DNA of 64,000 nt from Spirogloea muscicola. Lineage: Eukaryota. Below are positions 28,842 through 41,000 of the stretch, in pieces (the stretch's first letter is position 1; each line of letters opens with the position of its first letter). Where the stretch lies: assembly GCA_009602725.1 (NCBI GenBank), contig WELB01000019.1, positions 275,705 to 339,704 of the forward strand, read 5' to 3'. The notes under the pieces are model-generated. The model was not told where the DNA came from. It saw only the letters and a list, made by a program, of their open reading frames with translations, and made no database searches. The position numbers and the translations under genes were made by a program.

Positions 28842-29060
28842 GGCGCGGGCGGCCATTGCAAGTGGCGGCGGTCGGAGGTCGCAGGGAAACCACCTTTGCG
28901 CCGCCGGTTCACCGTCCCGGTAACTTAACGGCACCCGGCTTCTCGTTTCGGGGCGGGGGGCTAACCGCGTCCACCCGTTGGTCCGGTTACCAGCCCGCGT
29001 GTCAAGTGCGGTTACTTCAGCGGCTGTTCTGGCTAACCGGGTTAACCGCGGTATGGCGGG

Positions 29061-29068
29061 AAACCCTA
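29061..29068 (+). promoter_or_regulatory. Telo-box (AAACCCTA) in the MTV1/U1-70K divergent promoter
   Basis: Exact motif about 260 bp upstream of the U1-70K ATG. Telo-boxes are typical of plant translation and RNA-processing gene promoters. Confidence 0.4.
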
Positions 29069-29325
29069 GGGCCGCACACCGCTCGCCAAGAGAACCTCTC
29101 CCCTCGACTCCGGGCCAGCGATGGCCGCCGCCGCCGCCGCCGTCGCCGCCGCCGTCGCCGTCGCCGCGGCGCTCCGATAGCCCGTCAGGCGCCTCCTGGC
29201 GAGCCTCCTGTCGAGAGCGCGCGCGCCGGGCGGCGCTCCGCGGGCGGCCGTCTTCGTCGCACATCGCCAGCGGAAGCTGTTCCGCCCCTTCGGAAGCGCC
29301 TCTGCCCGAGCCGTAGCCCGCCGAG

Positions 29326-32300
29326 ATGGGGGACTACTCGAGGAGGCCACCGCAAATCAACCGGGCCAATGTGCAGCAGCTAAAGCTGGTGCGCCTCACC
29401 TGTCAAATCATCTGCCAAATATCTGCAAATTATCATGCTACTCCTTATCCGCATGTGCAATTCAAGGAGACTTGCAATGCCAAAGCCCCTGGCGATACTC
29501 TGCCTGTGTCACTCCTTAGAGCTTCGGTCGACAGGCAGCTGTGGGGCTTGACAAGTGCAGATAGGCCAGAGTCATCAGACAGGCCTCACCAGCAACCTGC
29601 TTAAGCTCTTTGAGCCGAGGGAACCGCTGGAGTTCAAGCCTCCCCTGGAGAATCGCCCCCATGCGGCATACACAGGTTGATTGCCGTTTCAACTGACAGA
29701 AGTAGCTGGACTGTCTCTTCTGCCTACAAGGCTTTGCAAGGTCGAAGGCATCATCAAACACGTATATTCCATCATGGCACGTGTCTCAGCTCTGCTCATT
29801 CTGTCTCAATGGACAGGCATCGCCCAATTTGTGGACAACTTCGCCAATCCTGGCGAAGCTGAGTATGCGCCCCCAGTGACAAAAGGCGAGACAGTGGTAC
29901 GTCAAGTTCTTTATGTAGCTGTTGATGAAGGCTGAGGCACCATATGTCATCTCAAGCACTGGGAGATGTCGCCTGTCAGCATCCGAAGCTAAGCTCTGAG
30001 AATGGGAGTGCTGCATTAGCAGGCTACTGCTAAGATGGTTGTACGAAGTCTTCTACCCCGGTGCTCATGACTTTCCTACGTTTCACTTTGAGCAGGCTGA
30101 GAAGAGGGTACGGATTCGTGCTGCAAGGCTGGAGAAGGGGGCCGAAAAATTGGTTGAGGAGCTCGAAAAATGTGAGAACAGATCGTGGCTTGACTGATGC
30201 TGTCTTTACATTGAGGAGAAGGTCGCAGCATGTGACACATTAGTGCATGCAAGCTCACCCGAAGTTTGTGCCTTCAAGTCTGCTTATGCATGTCAGCAGG
30301 TGGGAGCCTACAAAGGTCTTCTTTCTGCAGTGCTTTCTGATATATGCTGCTGCTGATTTAGCCATGTCAATTCCTTCTATGGTTATGCAGATGATCCACA
30401 TAAAGACCCCAACATAGATGGAGATCCCTACAAGACCCTGTTTGTGGCACGAATTGTATGTCAAAGACATCGTCCTTATCACATATTCTTGCAATCAATG
30501 CAAACAATACATACTGCATCGACTCTGTTGAGCAAATTGACCAATCTTCCCATGCTTCTGTGAGCTTGAGCAGATGTCATGTCCTGCTCAGGTAACACAA
30601 TTGAAAATCTCAACATCCTTTGGATGCTCTCGCGTCCTGCAGAGTTATGAAACTACAGAGACGAAGTTGAAGAGAGAGTGCGAGGCTTATGGACCTGTGA
30701 AGAAGGTGCGAATATGCTTGACTGAGCTGATGGTGTGATCACAAAGTTGTCCAAGCAAAGAGTCTTGCAAACGAGGTTGCAGCATCAAGTCAGTCCAGGT
30801 GCTATTTGTATGTATTAGTTTCTGCTCTGTGCCCACCTTCCGTCTGAAGGTTTCTCAACTCCTGACGAATGAGCACATTACGCCTGATTGGGGTATTTGT
30901 ACTTGCTGCAGATCCGGCTAGTCCATGATAATGCAACACAGAAGCCACGAGGCTATGCTTTTATTGAGTACATGCATACAAGAGACATGAAGAGTAAGTA
31001 TGACAGAGCAGGAGTGTTGATAGGGATGTTTGTAGAATGCATGTAAGTTGCTCTTATGTAAGGTTGAGGACTTAGAATGCACAATTTGTGATCTCCGTTG
31101 TAATAACTTTGGCATCTGAATGACTGTGTGGGTCTTGTGTGTGCATGTGCAAGCAGGATATTATGTTAGAGCCTAACCAAGGGTTTTGCACTTGACCTTG
31201 TGCAGCTGCCTATAAACAAGCTGATGGACGCAAGATAGACAACCGGAGGGTCACAGTGGATGTGGAGAGAGGGCGAACAGTACCCAACTGGCGCCCCCGA
31301 AGATTGGGAGGCGGCTTAGGATCCACTCGCATGGGTGGAGAAGAAGTCAACAAAAAGTTTTCTGGCCGGTACATACTTGTCCTGCTACTCTGCAATGGAG
31401 GATGAGCAGCCTCAGTATCTTTTTGCCTTTGCGTTGCTGATGCTGGTGAGCAATCAGCTGTGCGATGCATTTCATGTAAATTGTAATTTGACTCCAAATG
31501 GCGTTGTCAATCTTGGTACAGGGAGCCTCAACTTGCCCCTATTATAACCACTCCGCGCACCGACAAGCCCCCACCTCGGGTTGACGACCGACCTCCACGA
31601 GAAGAGGAGAAGTAAGATAGCTTCCTGCACCTTGGCCTGATTCATTCGGCAAATATATCTTCGATACAAATAGTATGCTGATGAGGGACTGCCATTGAGC
31701 TAGTAGTAGCCAAAGTAGCAGCAGGTGTCCATTGGTTGTCCTCTGATGAGCCTTTGTCTGCAGGGACAGGGAGAGGGAGAGGGAAAGAGAGAAGGAGCGA
31801 GAACGTGCAGACCGTGAGGAGCGGGAGCGTAACGACCTAGAGCGGGAGAAGGAGAAGGAGCGGGAACGGCTGAAGGAGAAGGAAGTGCAGATGGAGAGGG
31901 CCAGAGGCGACCGTGACGTGAAGGATGTAGAGGATGGGCGGCAGAGGGACCGGGATGGTCACTCTGATCGCGGCCGAGACAGGGAGCGTGATCATGAGCG
32001 GGAGAGAGGTGGTGGCAGTCGGTATGACAAGGAGCGCGATGGTCGGATGGAGCGAGACGGGTATGGTGGCGGCCGAGGTGACAGGGAGAGGGACAGGGAC
32101 AGAGACAGGGACAGGGGTGGCCACCGCGACAGAGACAGGGAGAGAGAGCGGGACAAAGACAAACATAGTGATCGCCACAGGGAGAGGGAAAGAGATAGAG
32201 AGCGAGTGGACCAGCCTCGCGGACGGGAGCGCGACAGGGAGCGCGACCGCGACGTGGAGATGCGGGACAAGGAGCGGGGCCACGACCGCCGCGAGCAGCA

Positions 32301-32349
32301 CGCACCGGCAGAAAGGTCTCACGCACGCGACGGTGCCCGCGAGAGGTAA
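29326..32349 (+). CDS. U1-70K: U1 snRNP 70 kDa protein
   Basis: [36 protein letters not shown] (RNP1), [29 protein letters not shown], and an RD/RE-rich tail. The 3' end could splice further. Confidence 0.95.
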
Positions 32350-33711
32350 CGGGCCTGCAAATACTCAGAGTCGCCAGGTCGTGATGTTATGAGTCCGTGT
32401 GCTCTTCCCTCCCATCAACCTCTGCAGGCTGTGGAGTGCTGGCGCTTGAAGCAGCAAATGGCAGAAAATGATGCTTGACAGATGTTCTTGAGAAGTAGCG
32501 TCCCCCGCATGCAGGGTTTTGGTAAGTGATGCAGGTATGTCTGTACCCATTTCGGGTTCAAGGGTAGGAGGGAAAATATGGGGCTGTGGTAGTCAGTGAG
32601 GGGCTTGTTGTGGCTGTAGCCGAGAGGCCACTGGGCTGCCATTAGAGTTGCATGGATCTTGGCTCTTCCAAGATCTAAAGGTCGAGCGCGAGCAAATGTA
32701 ACTTGTAATATGTAGGATAACACAACCAGCAAACAAACGTCCTGTCGCGCAGGGACATGTGACCCGTTGATTACAAAGGTGAGGCTGCCCACCAACCTGG
32801 TCATCATCCCTGGAGCCCACGCTGGTAAGGCGTGGCCGCCATGGTGGTAGATCCCCTTGCCTTTGGGCTGGAGAGCCATCAGCTTCAAGTCAAGCCTCTT
32901 GCAGTCTTGTGCTCCAGGCGCCAGCTGGCCTTGTAAGGGGCTTGGGGAGGACTGCCGGCCTGAAGTTGGAGATCTCGTCCTTCTGGTACTTGAGATTTCA
33001 CACTGCTAGTAGCAGTATGTACTCAAGGTTGTTTCAAACACCATTATGTGACCCCCCTCCTCACCAATTTAGCGATACACATTGGCCTGTGGCCCACCTG
33101 AGATGCTCACGTTGGTCCACTGGTCAGTGCAGGCAGCCGCTCGCTGACCTCACTCAGGGTACGTGCCAATAGTTGCTTTGTAGGTGAGCAGTCTTTGGTA
33201 TATTGCTGGGTCCCAGAATGTACCGTCTGATTTTTTCAAAATTTTTGGCATGTACTGAGTGGTTGTGCACCTTCTCCATAGAATCTGAGAGGCCATGCAA
33301 GGTGAGTCTCTGAGGGCAAAGCACGATCGTCTTTCATCTGCTTCCATCGTAGTGTTCCCACGGCGGTCGGGGACGAGGTCGAGGTCTAGGTCATGCTGAG
33401 GTGTCGCGCGCTGAGTGGAAAAGACCCGTTTCACTGGAGGTCGCGCGCCGGTCATCCACCCCCTCCACGCCAGCGCACGTGAAGCGATGACGCGGCCCAC
33501 CGTTTGCCACTCTGGCCCCCCGTTTGACACCGTGGCTCGCCGTTTGCGGGGGGAGCGCGCGGATTCCGTACCGGGGTAGACCCCCCCGGTACGAAACGCT
33601 CCTTTCGGAGGATGGCGGCGGAGCCAATCGGCGGCTCCCCCCGCCTGGCATCCCCCGCCTGGCCACCCTCCCCGGGCCGAGCTCCCCCGCGCAGCAAGAG
33701 GCGGGGAAGCC

Positions 33712-34920
33712 ATGGCGATGCGCCTGCCTTGGTGCTCGGGTGCAGGCGGGGACGACGACCTGGTCAGCTCGGGGTCATCTCCTCAACCCTCGCCCGAGAA
33801 AGGCGTTGCGCCGCCTCTGCCGGCGACCATCATCGCGCAAGGTCCTGCACAAGCTCCCGTGATCTCTTCGGCACCGTCTCCGCTTGTGAATCTGCAACAG
33901 CCGACAGGTGTGTCTTTTGGCTTCCTCCAGCACCAATTGTGTGTCGTTCACATCCCCCCCATCCAAGCTTGTACACAAGGGGCCATCAGCCATTGCAACG
34001 GTTCCACCAAGCTCCCTCTACAAGGTGCACAATCAGCCCTGACTTTGCCGCCATGTCCCGCAGGTACTGTGTTTCAGCCTCAACTAGCGACTCCTACCTT
34101 GGCAACAAGTCCGTGGCTTGCCCTGGGTCCTCCTTCATCAACGATCTCAACGCCCTCATGCCCGCCCAAGAAGTCAGCATCTCGTTGTGGCAATTCCATC
34201 AAAGCCAAGCGGATCAACCTTGGGACCTTCGACGAGGTTGTAGAGGAAGTCAAGGCGCCGTGGAGCAAGGACTGGACTGTCACGCTCATCCTGGCGAAGC
34301 AAAGCCACGACCGTAATAGTCAGGCCAACACGGCACATGTCCAAGGTATGTAGTGTCTATGCGCTCATGCAATGCTCTTGAAAGTCCGAGTGTGACCTTA
34401 GAAGCTTCCCATGCCGAGCTTATCCTATGGAGGATCTATCTCTTTAAAGGGGGTCCTTGTATCACCTTGACTTATCTTTTGTTGTGTGCTCAGTGTGTAC
34501 TGTGTCTTGCCGATTTTGTCATCTACTGTGCACCATGTTATGTACTGTGTGGCTCTTGGTTGTGCTCTTGGTCTGTGTATCCTATGTAGTGTGGATTGTG
34601 ATGCAGCGATCTGTCAATTGGTGACAGGGTCTCAAGACAAAATGTGGGTCTCCATCGCCAATCACATCACCGCCGAGCACCCCACTTTCCTCAAGGATCC
34701 ACAGGCATGCAGGCAAAAGTGGAAGCGACTACTTGCCCAATACAAGACCGAGTTCGCACTGAAGAATAAATCCGGTGACGGTACAAGAGAGGAGTGGGAG
34801 TACTTTAACCTCATCCATGAAGATGTGGGACGCCGTCCTGTGATGGAATGCAAGTATCATGCAGATGCATCGGGCAGCCAAATAAATAGGCTGGGCCAGC
34901 ACGCCCTCCAAATGCGTTAG
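33712..34920 (+). CDS. Myb/SANT-like (trihelix or Harbinger ORF1-type) DNA-binding protein, probably truncated
   Basis: WSKDWTVTLILAK...QG, in-frame GT-AG intron 34346-34627, then SQDKMWVSIANHI...PQACRQKWKRLLAQYK...EEWEYFNLIHE. Confidence 0.65.
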
Positions 34921-34940
34921 GGGACCCATGCAGACGTCGC

Positions 34941-35084
34941 GATACCATTGGCCACATTACCGGCGCCCCCCTGCATGTGGTGCTCACCTGGATGGATCCG
35001 CCTGCCGAGCTGGCCGCCACCCGCGCCCTGGTGAACGATCTGGACTTGCAACTTACCGATCCTAGTGGGCAGGTGTACTGGGGC
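34941..35084 (+). pseudogene. Subtilase (S8, Kp43-type) C-terminal domain fragment
   Basis: PLHVVLTWMDPPAELAATRALVNDLDLQLTDPSGQVYWG matches the remembered TLVWTDP..ALVNDLDL..P.G.Y.GN consensus. Confidence 0.6.
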
Positions 35085-35308
35085 ATGATTGTGGGCTTTG
35101 CCGGGGAGACCGAGGCTGGTCGTTGTGCTTGGGACTCCTGCTCTTTGTCTGGCCACTCTCGAATGTGACACTCGGTAGCTCCTGGCTGCCCGATGCATCT
35201 GCATGATACTTGCATCCATCACAGGACGGCGTCCCACATCTTCATGGATGAGATTAAAGTACTCCCACTCCTCTCTTGTACCTTCACCGGATGTATTCTT
35301 CAGCTTCA

Positions 35309-35645
35309 AAGTTGGCTCAGCAACTGACGGCGGGCATGACTTGGCATGCCCGCAAAGCTTGCAAATTGCCGACACAATGCGTGCAATAGTACCTGGGAGA
35401 ATGGCAGTGCTCTTTGCTTGGGTTCAGGAATCGGCGGTGCAACTGAAGGCCGGTCCAGCCGCCTGCACAATTCATCCAGCCACAAGTTGGCTCAGCAACG
35501 GACGGGCGGGCATGACTTGGCACGCTCGCAAAGCTTGCACACTGTCGACACAACGCGTGCAAACATACCTGGGAGAGCGGCAGTGCTCTTTGCTTGAGTT
35601 CAGGAATCGGCGGTGCAACTGAATGCCGGTCCAGCTGCCTGCAAA
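35309..35645. repeat. Two diverged tandem units of about 175 bp
   Basis: aagttggctcagcaac...ttcaggaatcggcggtgcaactgaa.gccggtccagc starts at 35309 and again at 35484. Confidence 0.85.
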
Positions 35646-36673
35646 GTCCCTGCAGGCACAGGATGAGTTAGCAACTCATGGCGGGCTTGTTTGGCGGCGT
35701 GCCCGCTATGCCCTCGACGTACGCGGTGCAGCGCTTGTGGCAGCCACCCGCAGTTGCTGATTGCACCCCCATGCGAGCGCTAGCGTTGACGCACTGCCGC
35801 TGTTGTTCTCCTCGCAGCGCGAGCTTGCAGGTTGGAGGTTGCGTCGAAGAAGGCAGGTCGCAAGTGGCTGCGGAATCTCTGCAGCCGGCAGTGCTCGTGC
35901 AGCACACTCGCAGTGGCCTTGCGCTTGCGCGTCCGCGTGCCACCGCCGGCGGCGGCGCCAGAGTGGGGCGCGCCCGCGCTGCCCGGGCCGCCTGCGCTCG
36001 GTAAGCCAGTCGCAAGCAATGGGAGAGGGAGCAGTTGCCTTGCTTCTCTTCTCGTCCACCACCGCGGCGCGCACCTGCTCCCGCCTTGCGGCAGGCGGAG
36101 CGCCGAGCTGGCGCTCCGCTGTCGCACGTTTCCGCCGAATCTCCGCACGAGCTGCTGGTGTGGCGGCTGGGCGCCCGGCGACCTCCGCCACGTATTGGTC
36201 ATCCGTGATGTTCCGACCTCGACCTCGACCTTTTCCGTGTGAAAAGATTTAGTGTATTTGAAACAAACATAGGCCAATGGCCAAGTATAAAAGCAAGCAA
36301 GCACATCTAAATATCTACATAACCTACAGCAGGTTGACCCGCTCAAAATCCACGGGTCAAAACATAAAGGTCGCTAACCGATGCATGCATACTAGATGTC
36401 AGGTACGAAGCCCTTCTGTCACCAACTAGAGCTCGCCCAGCTTTCTGATGCAAGGCATTAGCCTGAGCTAAAATCTCGACCTCGACCTCGACCTTTTCGT
36501 GTGAAAAGGGGGCATGACTCTGCAATGGCGCCGCCTTCATTTCTATGCGCACCGCGCGCCTTTGTCTGCATTCTCTAAACCCAGAACCCTGGAGCCAGCA
36601 CCCACGTCGACGATGTGCCTCTAACGGGGCGAGGCGCTAACGGGAGCTCTTTCGTTGTGACAAGAGCTGCGCT

Positions 36674-36979
36674 GTGGCTGAGGGGACATCGACCACGCGC
36701 GCCATCCTCCGCGCGGCGCGCCGCGGCGGGTGCCGCAAATCGCGGCGCGGGGCGCGCGCCTCCGCCGCGGCGGCGANCCTGCTCACGGAGGCCAGCGTGT
36801 TCGAGTTCGGGTCCGCCGCATCCGTCGCCGGCTTCGGCGGCGGCGGCGGCGGCGGCGGCGGCATCACGGTGGCGGGCTACTGCCCGGTGTCCGACGAGCT
36901 GGAGCCGTGCCGGTGGGAGGTGCTGCCGGCCGGCGGCGGCGGCGCCACCGCCGCGCCGCTCTTCCGCATCGTCTTTTGA
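36674..36979 (+). CDS. Small protein of unknown function, plant-conserved-looking C-terminus
   Basis: VFEFG...AGYCPVSDELEPCRWEVLPA...PLFRIVF*. Strong GC3 bias; resembles uncharacterised land-plant small proteins (from memory). No in-frame ATG seen; N at 36777. Confidence 0.6.
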   Translation: MAEGTSTTRAILRAARRGGCRKSRRGARASAAAAXLLTEASVFEFGSAASVAGFGGGGGGGGGITVAGYCPVSDELEPCRWEVLPAGGGGATAAPLFRIVF

Positions 36980-38059
36980 ACCCTCGCCTCTCGATCCTAA
37001 ACCCTGACTCTTTTCATAAACCCTCGAATCCAGAGTCCCCCGCCCCCTTTCTTCGTCATGGAGGCGCGCCGGTGCCCACCACTGCTCGCAGCGCTCCAGT
37101 CGGCCCGCAGCATCGTGCTCGCGAACCCATATTGGAGTACTTCATCGAAGTACAGAAAAGTTGATCAAATACAAGCTTCGCCTTATTTTGATCGTTCAAA
37201 AGAAATTTCTACGGCGGCTGCTGCTTTGGCTCCGCGCATGCTGGTGCAGCCTCCTGCTGCGTGCCTCCACTGGAGCAGTCGCTTGCGCTCAAGAATGGCG
37301 AGAGACAACGCCCGGAGCCCCGAGTGCTTGCTCGGAGCCCTGCCTTCTTGCCGCCGATCGTGGACTGTTTCCGAAGTCATGCAATGAAGCCCCTAAGCAC
37401 ATGAGAACCTTCATCCAAGTGCTCACGTTGGCAAGATTGTCCTACACATGGAGAAAGTTGATCGCTGGCGTGGCAACATCGTAGTTAGTGTAGATGCTTG
37501 TACCGCAATCGCCCACTTGAGAGGCACTAGCTGGCAGTCTTATGGCAGCATGTTACGGTTGGAAGATTGCCAAAAATCTTTCCTGGCGTTGATTTTGGCC
37601 CGACCTGGCAGCTCTCTATGGGGGCCGCGCCTTGCCTGTTCGGATAGCATACTCACTATACGCGCCTCTTCACAGGTCTTTATCCAACCTCCGCAAGCCA
37701 TTACTGTCTTCGCTGCTCCGCCTCTTCGCTGCTCCGCCTCTTTGCAAGCACCGTTGCTTTTCCCTCTGAACTTGCCAGGCCCCTCGATAGTTCCAGATAT
37801 TGAAGTGAAAGATGGCGCAGGGGGTTGCGTGCGTGCTTCTGCTCTTTACATGTGACTTGCCAGAGCACCAGGCTTCCCCAAGCGAAGCAAACCTTCGGTC
37901 TGACACCTCTCTTCTTTCAGATTACTTGGCCCGACCATCTCACCCTGCAACAGTTGTACAGTGCGGACTTCTGTCCCGTCTTCAGAAGAGTGGCAGCAAG
38001 CGATGCTTGCTCATCTGCAGTTTTGCTGGAAGAAGGGCCCCTGGACATGGTGGAAAGGT

Positions 38060-41000
38060 TCAGGATCCGTCTAAAGATTGCTTGCCGCTGCTGCGGCGGC
38101 ACTGTCTCGGCCGGCTCCTCTGCTTCGCAGCGGCGAGGAAGGGGTTCTCGCCGCCTGCCATGGCAGCGCCAGAGCCGCGCTTCCTCACCTTCTTCGCCCG
38201 CCCCCGGTCGTACTCCTGATCCCTGCGCGGCCATGCTTAACAGATGCATTAGCAGCGGCTCGAGGTCGCCACTGATGATACATCACTGGCAAGGCAAGCT
38301 GGACGCCAGCCCATCTGTCATCTGATAGTGCTGGGCCTCGGCGGCAAAGCTCACCAGCTGTCATATCTTGGCCGCCGGTGGGCAGCGGCCACCGCATGCG
38401 GCCTCCGGGCCCCGTTGACGAGGCCTTGCTCCTGCGCGTCGTTCTCGGCACCCCAGCCACGCACTACAAGGAGCGGTACCTGAGTGTCAGTCGTTTTCTT
38501 GCGTGATCCCGACACACAGCAGCCAGCACCGACTCCAATCCAGGCCAACTTGACGCGACAATCAGAAATCCTTAAGGGTAGTACCCAAAACCCAAGCCCT
38601 GAAACCCGACTCTGGATTGCATGTAGCTCACCATCGCTGCCGTACAGGCCGATCCTGGCGGCCTTGAGCATCGCCTGCACAGCCGGCCCGCGCAGCGCAT
38701 CCCGTGCTGCGCCCTGCCCACTGGCACCGGCAGCCCCAGCAGCTCTCGGGGGCACCTCCACTTCTGCCGCGGCTGCCGGCCGCGACGTATCTGTGGTGCT
38801 CCCTTCCTTAATCTTGCTGCTTTTCTTGTCTTTCAACTTGCCGCGCTTTTTCCGGCTCTCTGGCATCCTGCTCCGGTCGTCGCGTTCGTCATCATTGTCA
38901 TCAGTGCCGATCTGACTGGCCCTCGGCGCCTCGCCGGGCCGGCTCTGGGGCCCGATGACATGGGGTTGTGCAAGCGATGCTGGCCCATCAGTCGTAGCAG
39001 CCGGCCCCAATGGCAGCCGCCCGACCTCGTCATCAGCCGGCAGCCCCGCTGGCCTGGCAGTCTCGGAGCCGCCGTTGGCGCTGGAGTCTTCGTCAGCTCC
39101 AGAGCTCGCCCTGGCCTTCTTCTTGGAATACCTGGCGGCCCAGAAGTAGCGCCGCGTGGACGGCATCGCCCGCAGGAGGCGCGCATACGCTGCCGGGACG
39201 TGGAACGGCCGCTTGTAGTAGTGGTCCCAGCCGCTGCCGCCGCCACCACCGCCATCGACAGTGGCGGGCCCCGCCTCCGCCTGCGACACAGAGCGCTTGC
39301 CAGCGCCGCTGCTCCTCTGGCTGCCAGCCTCGGCCCTGACGCTGTCGTGGCCGCTGCTGGCGTCCTTGCCACGGTCGTTTGGCGCGTTAGCGCGTGCAAC
39401 GGGCACGCCCACATCCTCCGTGCCGCCGCCGACGCCGCCGCCGCTGCTGGAGTATGTCGAGGCGTGCACCTCCAATGCCGGCAGCACGGCACTTGGCCTC
39501 TGACGTTGAGCATCTTCAGATAGCAATCCAGGCATGGAGCGCATCACTGCAGAGTGGTGGGGCCTTTTGGTGCCATTGGGCGGTGCCGACCGTCGGCTGG
39601 CCTCAGCAGGCTGCTGACTCTGTTGCTCCTTCGCCATGTCCACGGCCACCGGGGCTTGGAGGGTGGCGGAGGGCGAGGACGTGGCCACCGCAAGCGGAGG
39701 CGGCTTCGCGGCGGAGCGCAGATAGAAGAGGAGGTACGCCTTCTGCTCCAGCACAGTCTTCTGGCTTACCTGCCGCACCTGTTCGAACATCCCAAGCTCA
39801 ACAATAGCTTTGAGCCAAGCGCAGCACCGACTAGTCAAGCTGCAATTGAGCATGCTGACGATGTCACCAGCCACCGAGACTAGCGCGCGCAGATGGGAGG
39901 AGGAAGGGAGGGGAGGGTGGCAGCAAGGCTATATTTTAGCAATAAGTGTCTCGGTTGTGTTATAATTGCTGTTAGTGAATCAATTAAGGAGCACTTTGAA
40001 GTATGCGCAAAGCACATAAGAGGGTACTGGCGCACCCGTGTGTCATCGAGCGCGTGCCAGATGCCGGATGCAGTGCAAGCGAAGCAGTAGTAGTGCCCAG
40101 AGTGCGTGGACCACCCGGCGTGCACCAGGACTGCATACAGGTCGTACCTCACCTGGCCGGCCTGGCCACAGCGGCTCCGCTGGCCAACCATCAGTCTGGG
40201 CGGCGTGCATGTTGCCATGTTTCATTATCAACCATCTATGCATTACACTAACCTATTTCCATAGGCCTTACCCTCGTGCTACTTCCTGAAGCATGTGGAT
40301 TGATTGGCAGTTAAGGTGGTCTTGCAGGCCAGAATGTAAGGTCCTGACTGCTAGTATTAGTGGCACCTGCTCCCGGCTGCTGAGGAAGGGCGCGAGGTCG
40401 AGCACGGTGCCGAAGTGGACGAGCTTGTCAATCTTGCCGCTGTGGCTGCCCTGGTGGTCGAAGCGCTTCAGCTGCAGCGCAAGCACAGCGGGCGCCCGCT
40501 CGATCGTCAGCTGCTTCTCCGCGCACACGCGCCGCCCGCAGCTCGCGCACTTGTATTTGTTGCTTCCATCCAGAACCTGCCAGATCATCCAAAACATAGC
40601 CGCCTATTAAGAAGGGTAGCCAACACAGAAGTAGCTTAGCAAAGATAAGCCAGATACTGAATGTGGCCTCTAGCCATTTCGACTGACCTGCGATCAGAAG
40701 TTGCCAAATTTGTCATGTCAGCACAAACGCTTGCCATGTCCGCGCTCCTTGCTTGGTGAGTGCAAGCTGGGGCGGCAGAGCACGGCGGAGACACACCTCC
40801 GTGGCGGTGAAGCGGCGGAGGGCCTTGTCAACGGAGTCAGCGCGCGAGACCTCCAGGCTCAGGTCCAGGAACGGGTCGTACGTGTTGGAGCAGTGCCCGC
40901 ACGCTGTGCACCTGACCTGCGATGCCATGCCCGTGAGAGCCGGCGGCGGCCAGACCGAGCGGCCGCCGAGCCGGCAGTGCACGGCCCGAGTGCTGCGATG

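Noticed and set aside
31764..32349. GA-rich repeats and antisense Ser/Leu-rich ORFs
   Set aside because: Explained by the RD/RE-rich tail of U1-70K.
32415..33350. Possible Harbinger transposase next to the Myb gene
   Set aside because: Only a weak GCVILH resemblance; no DDE motifs could be traced in the frames I translated.
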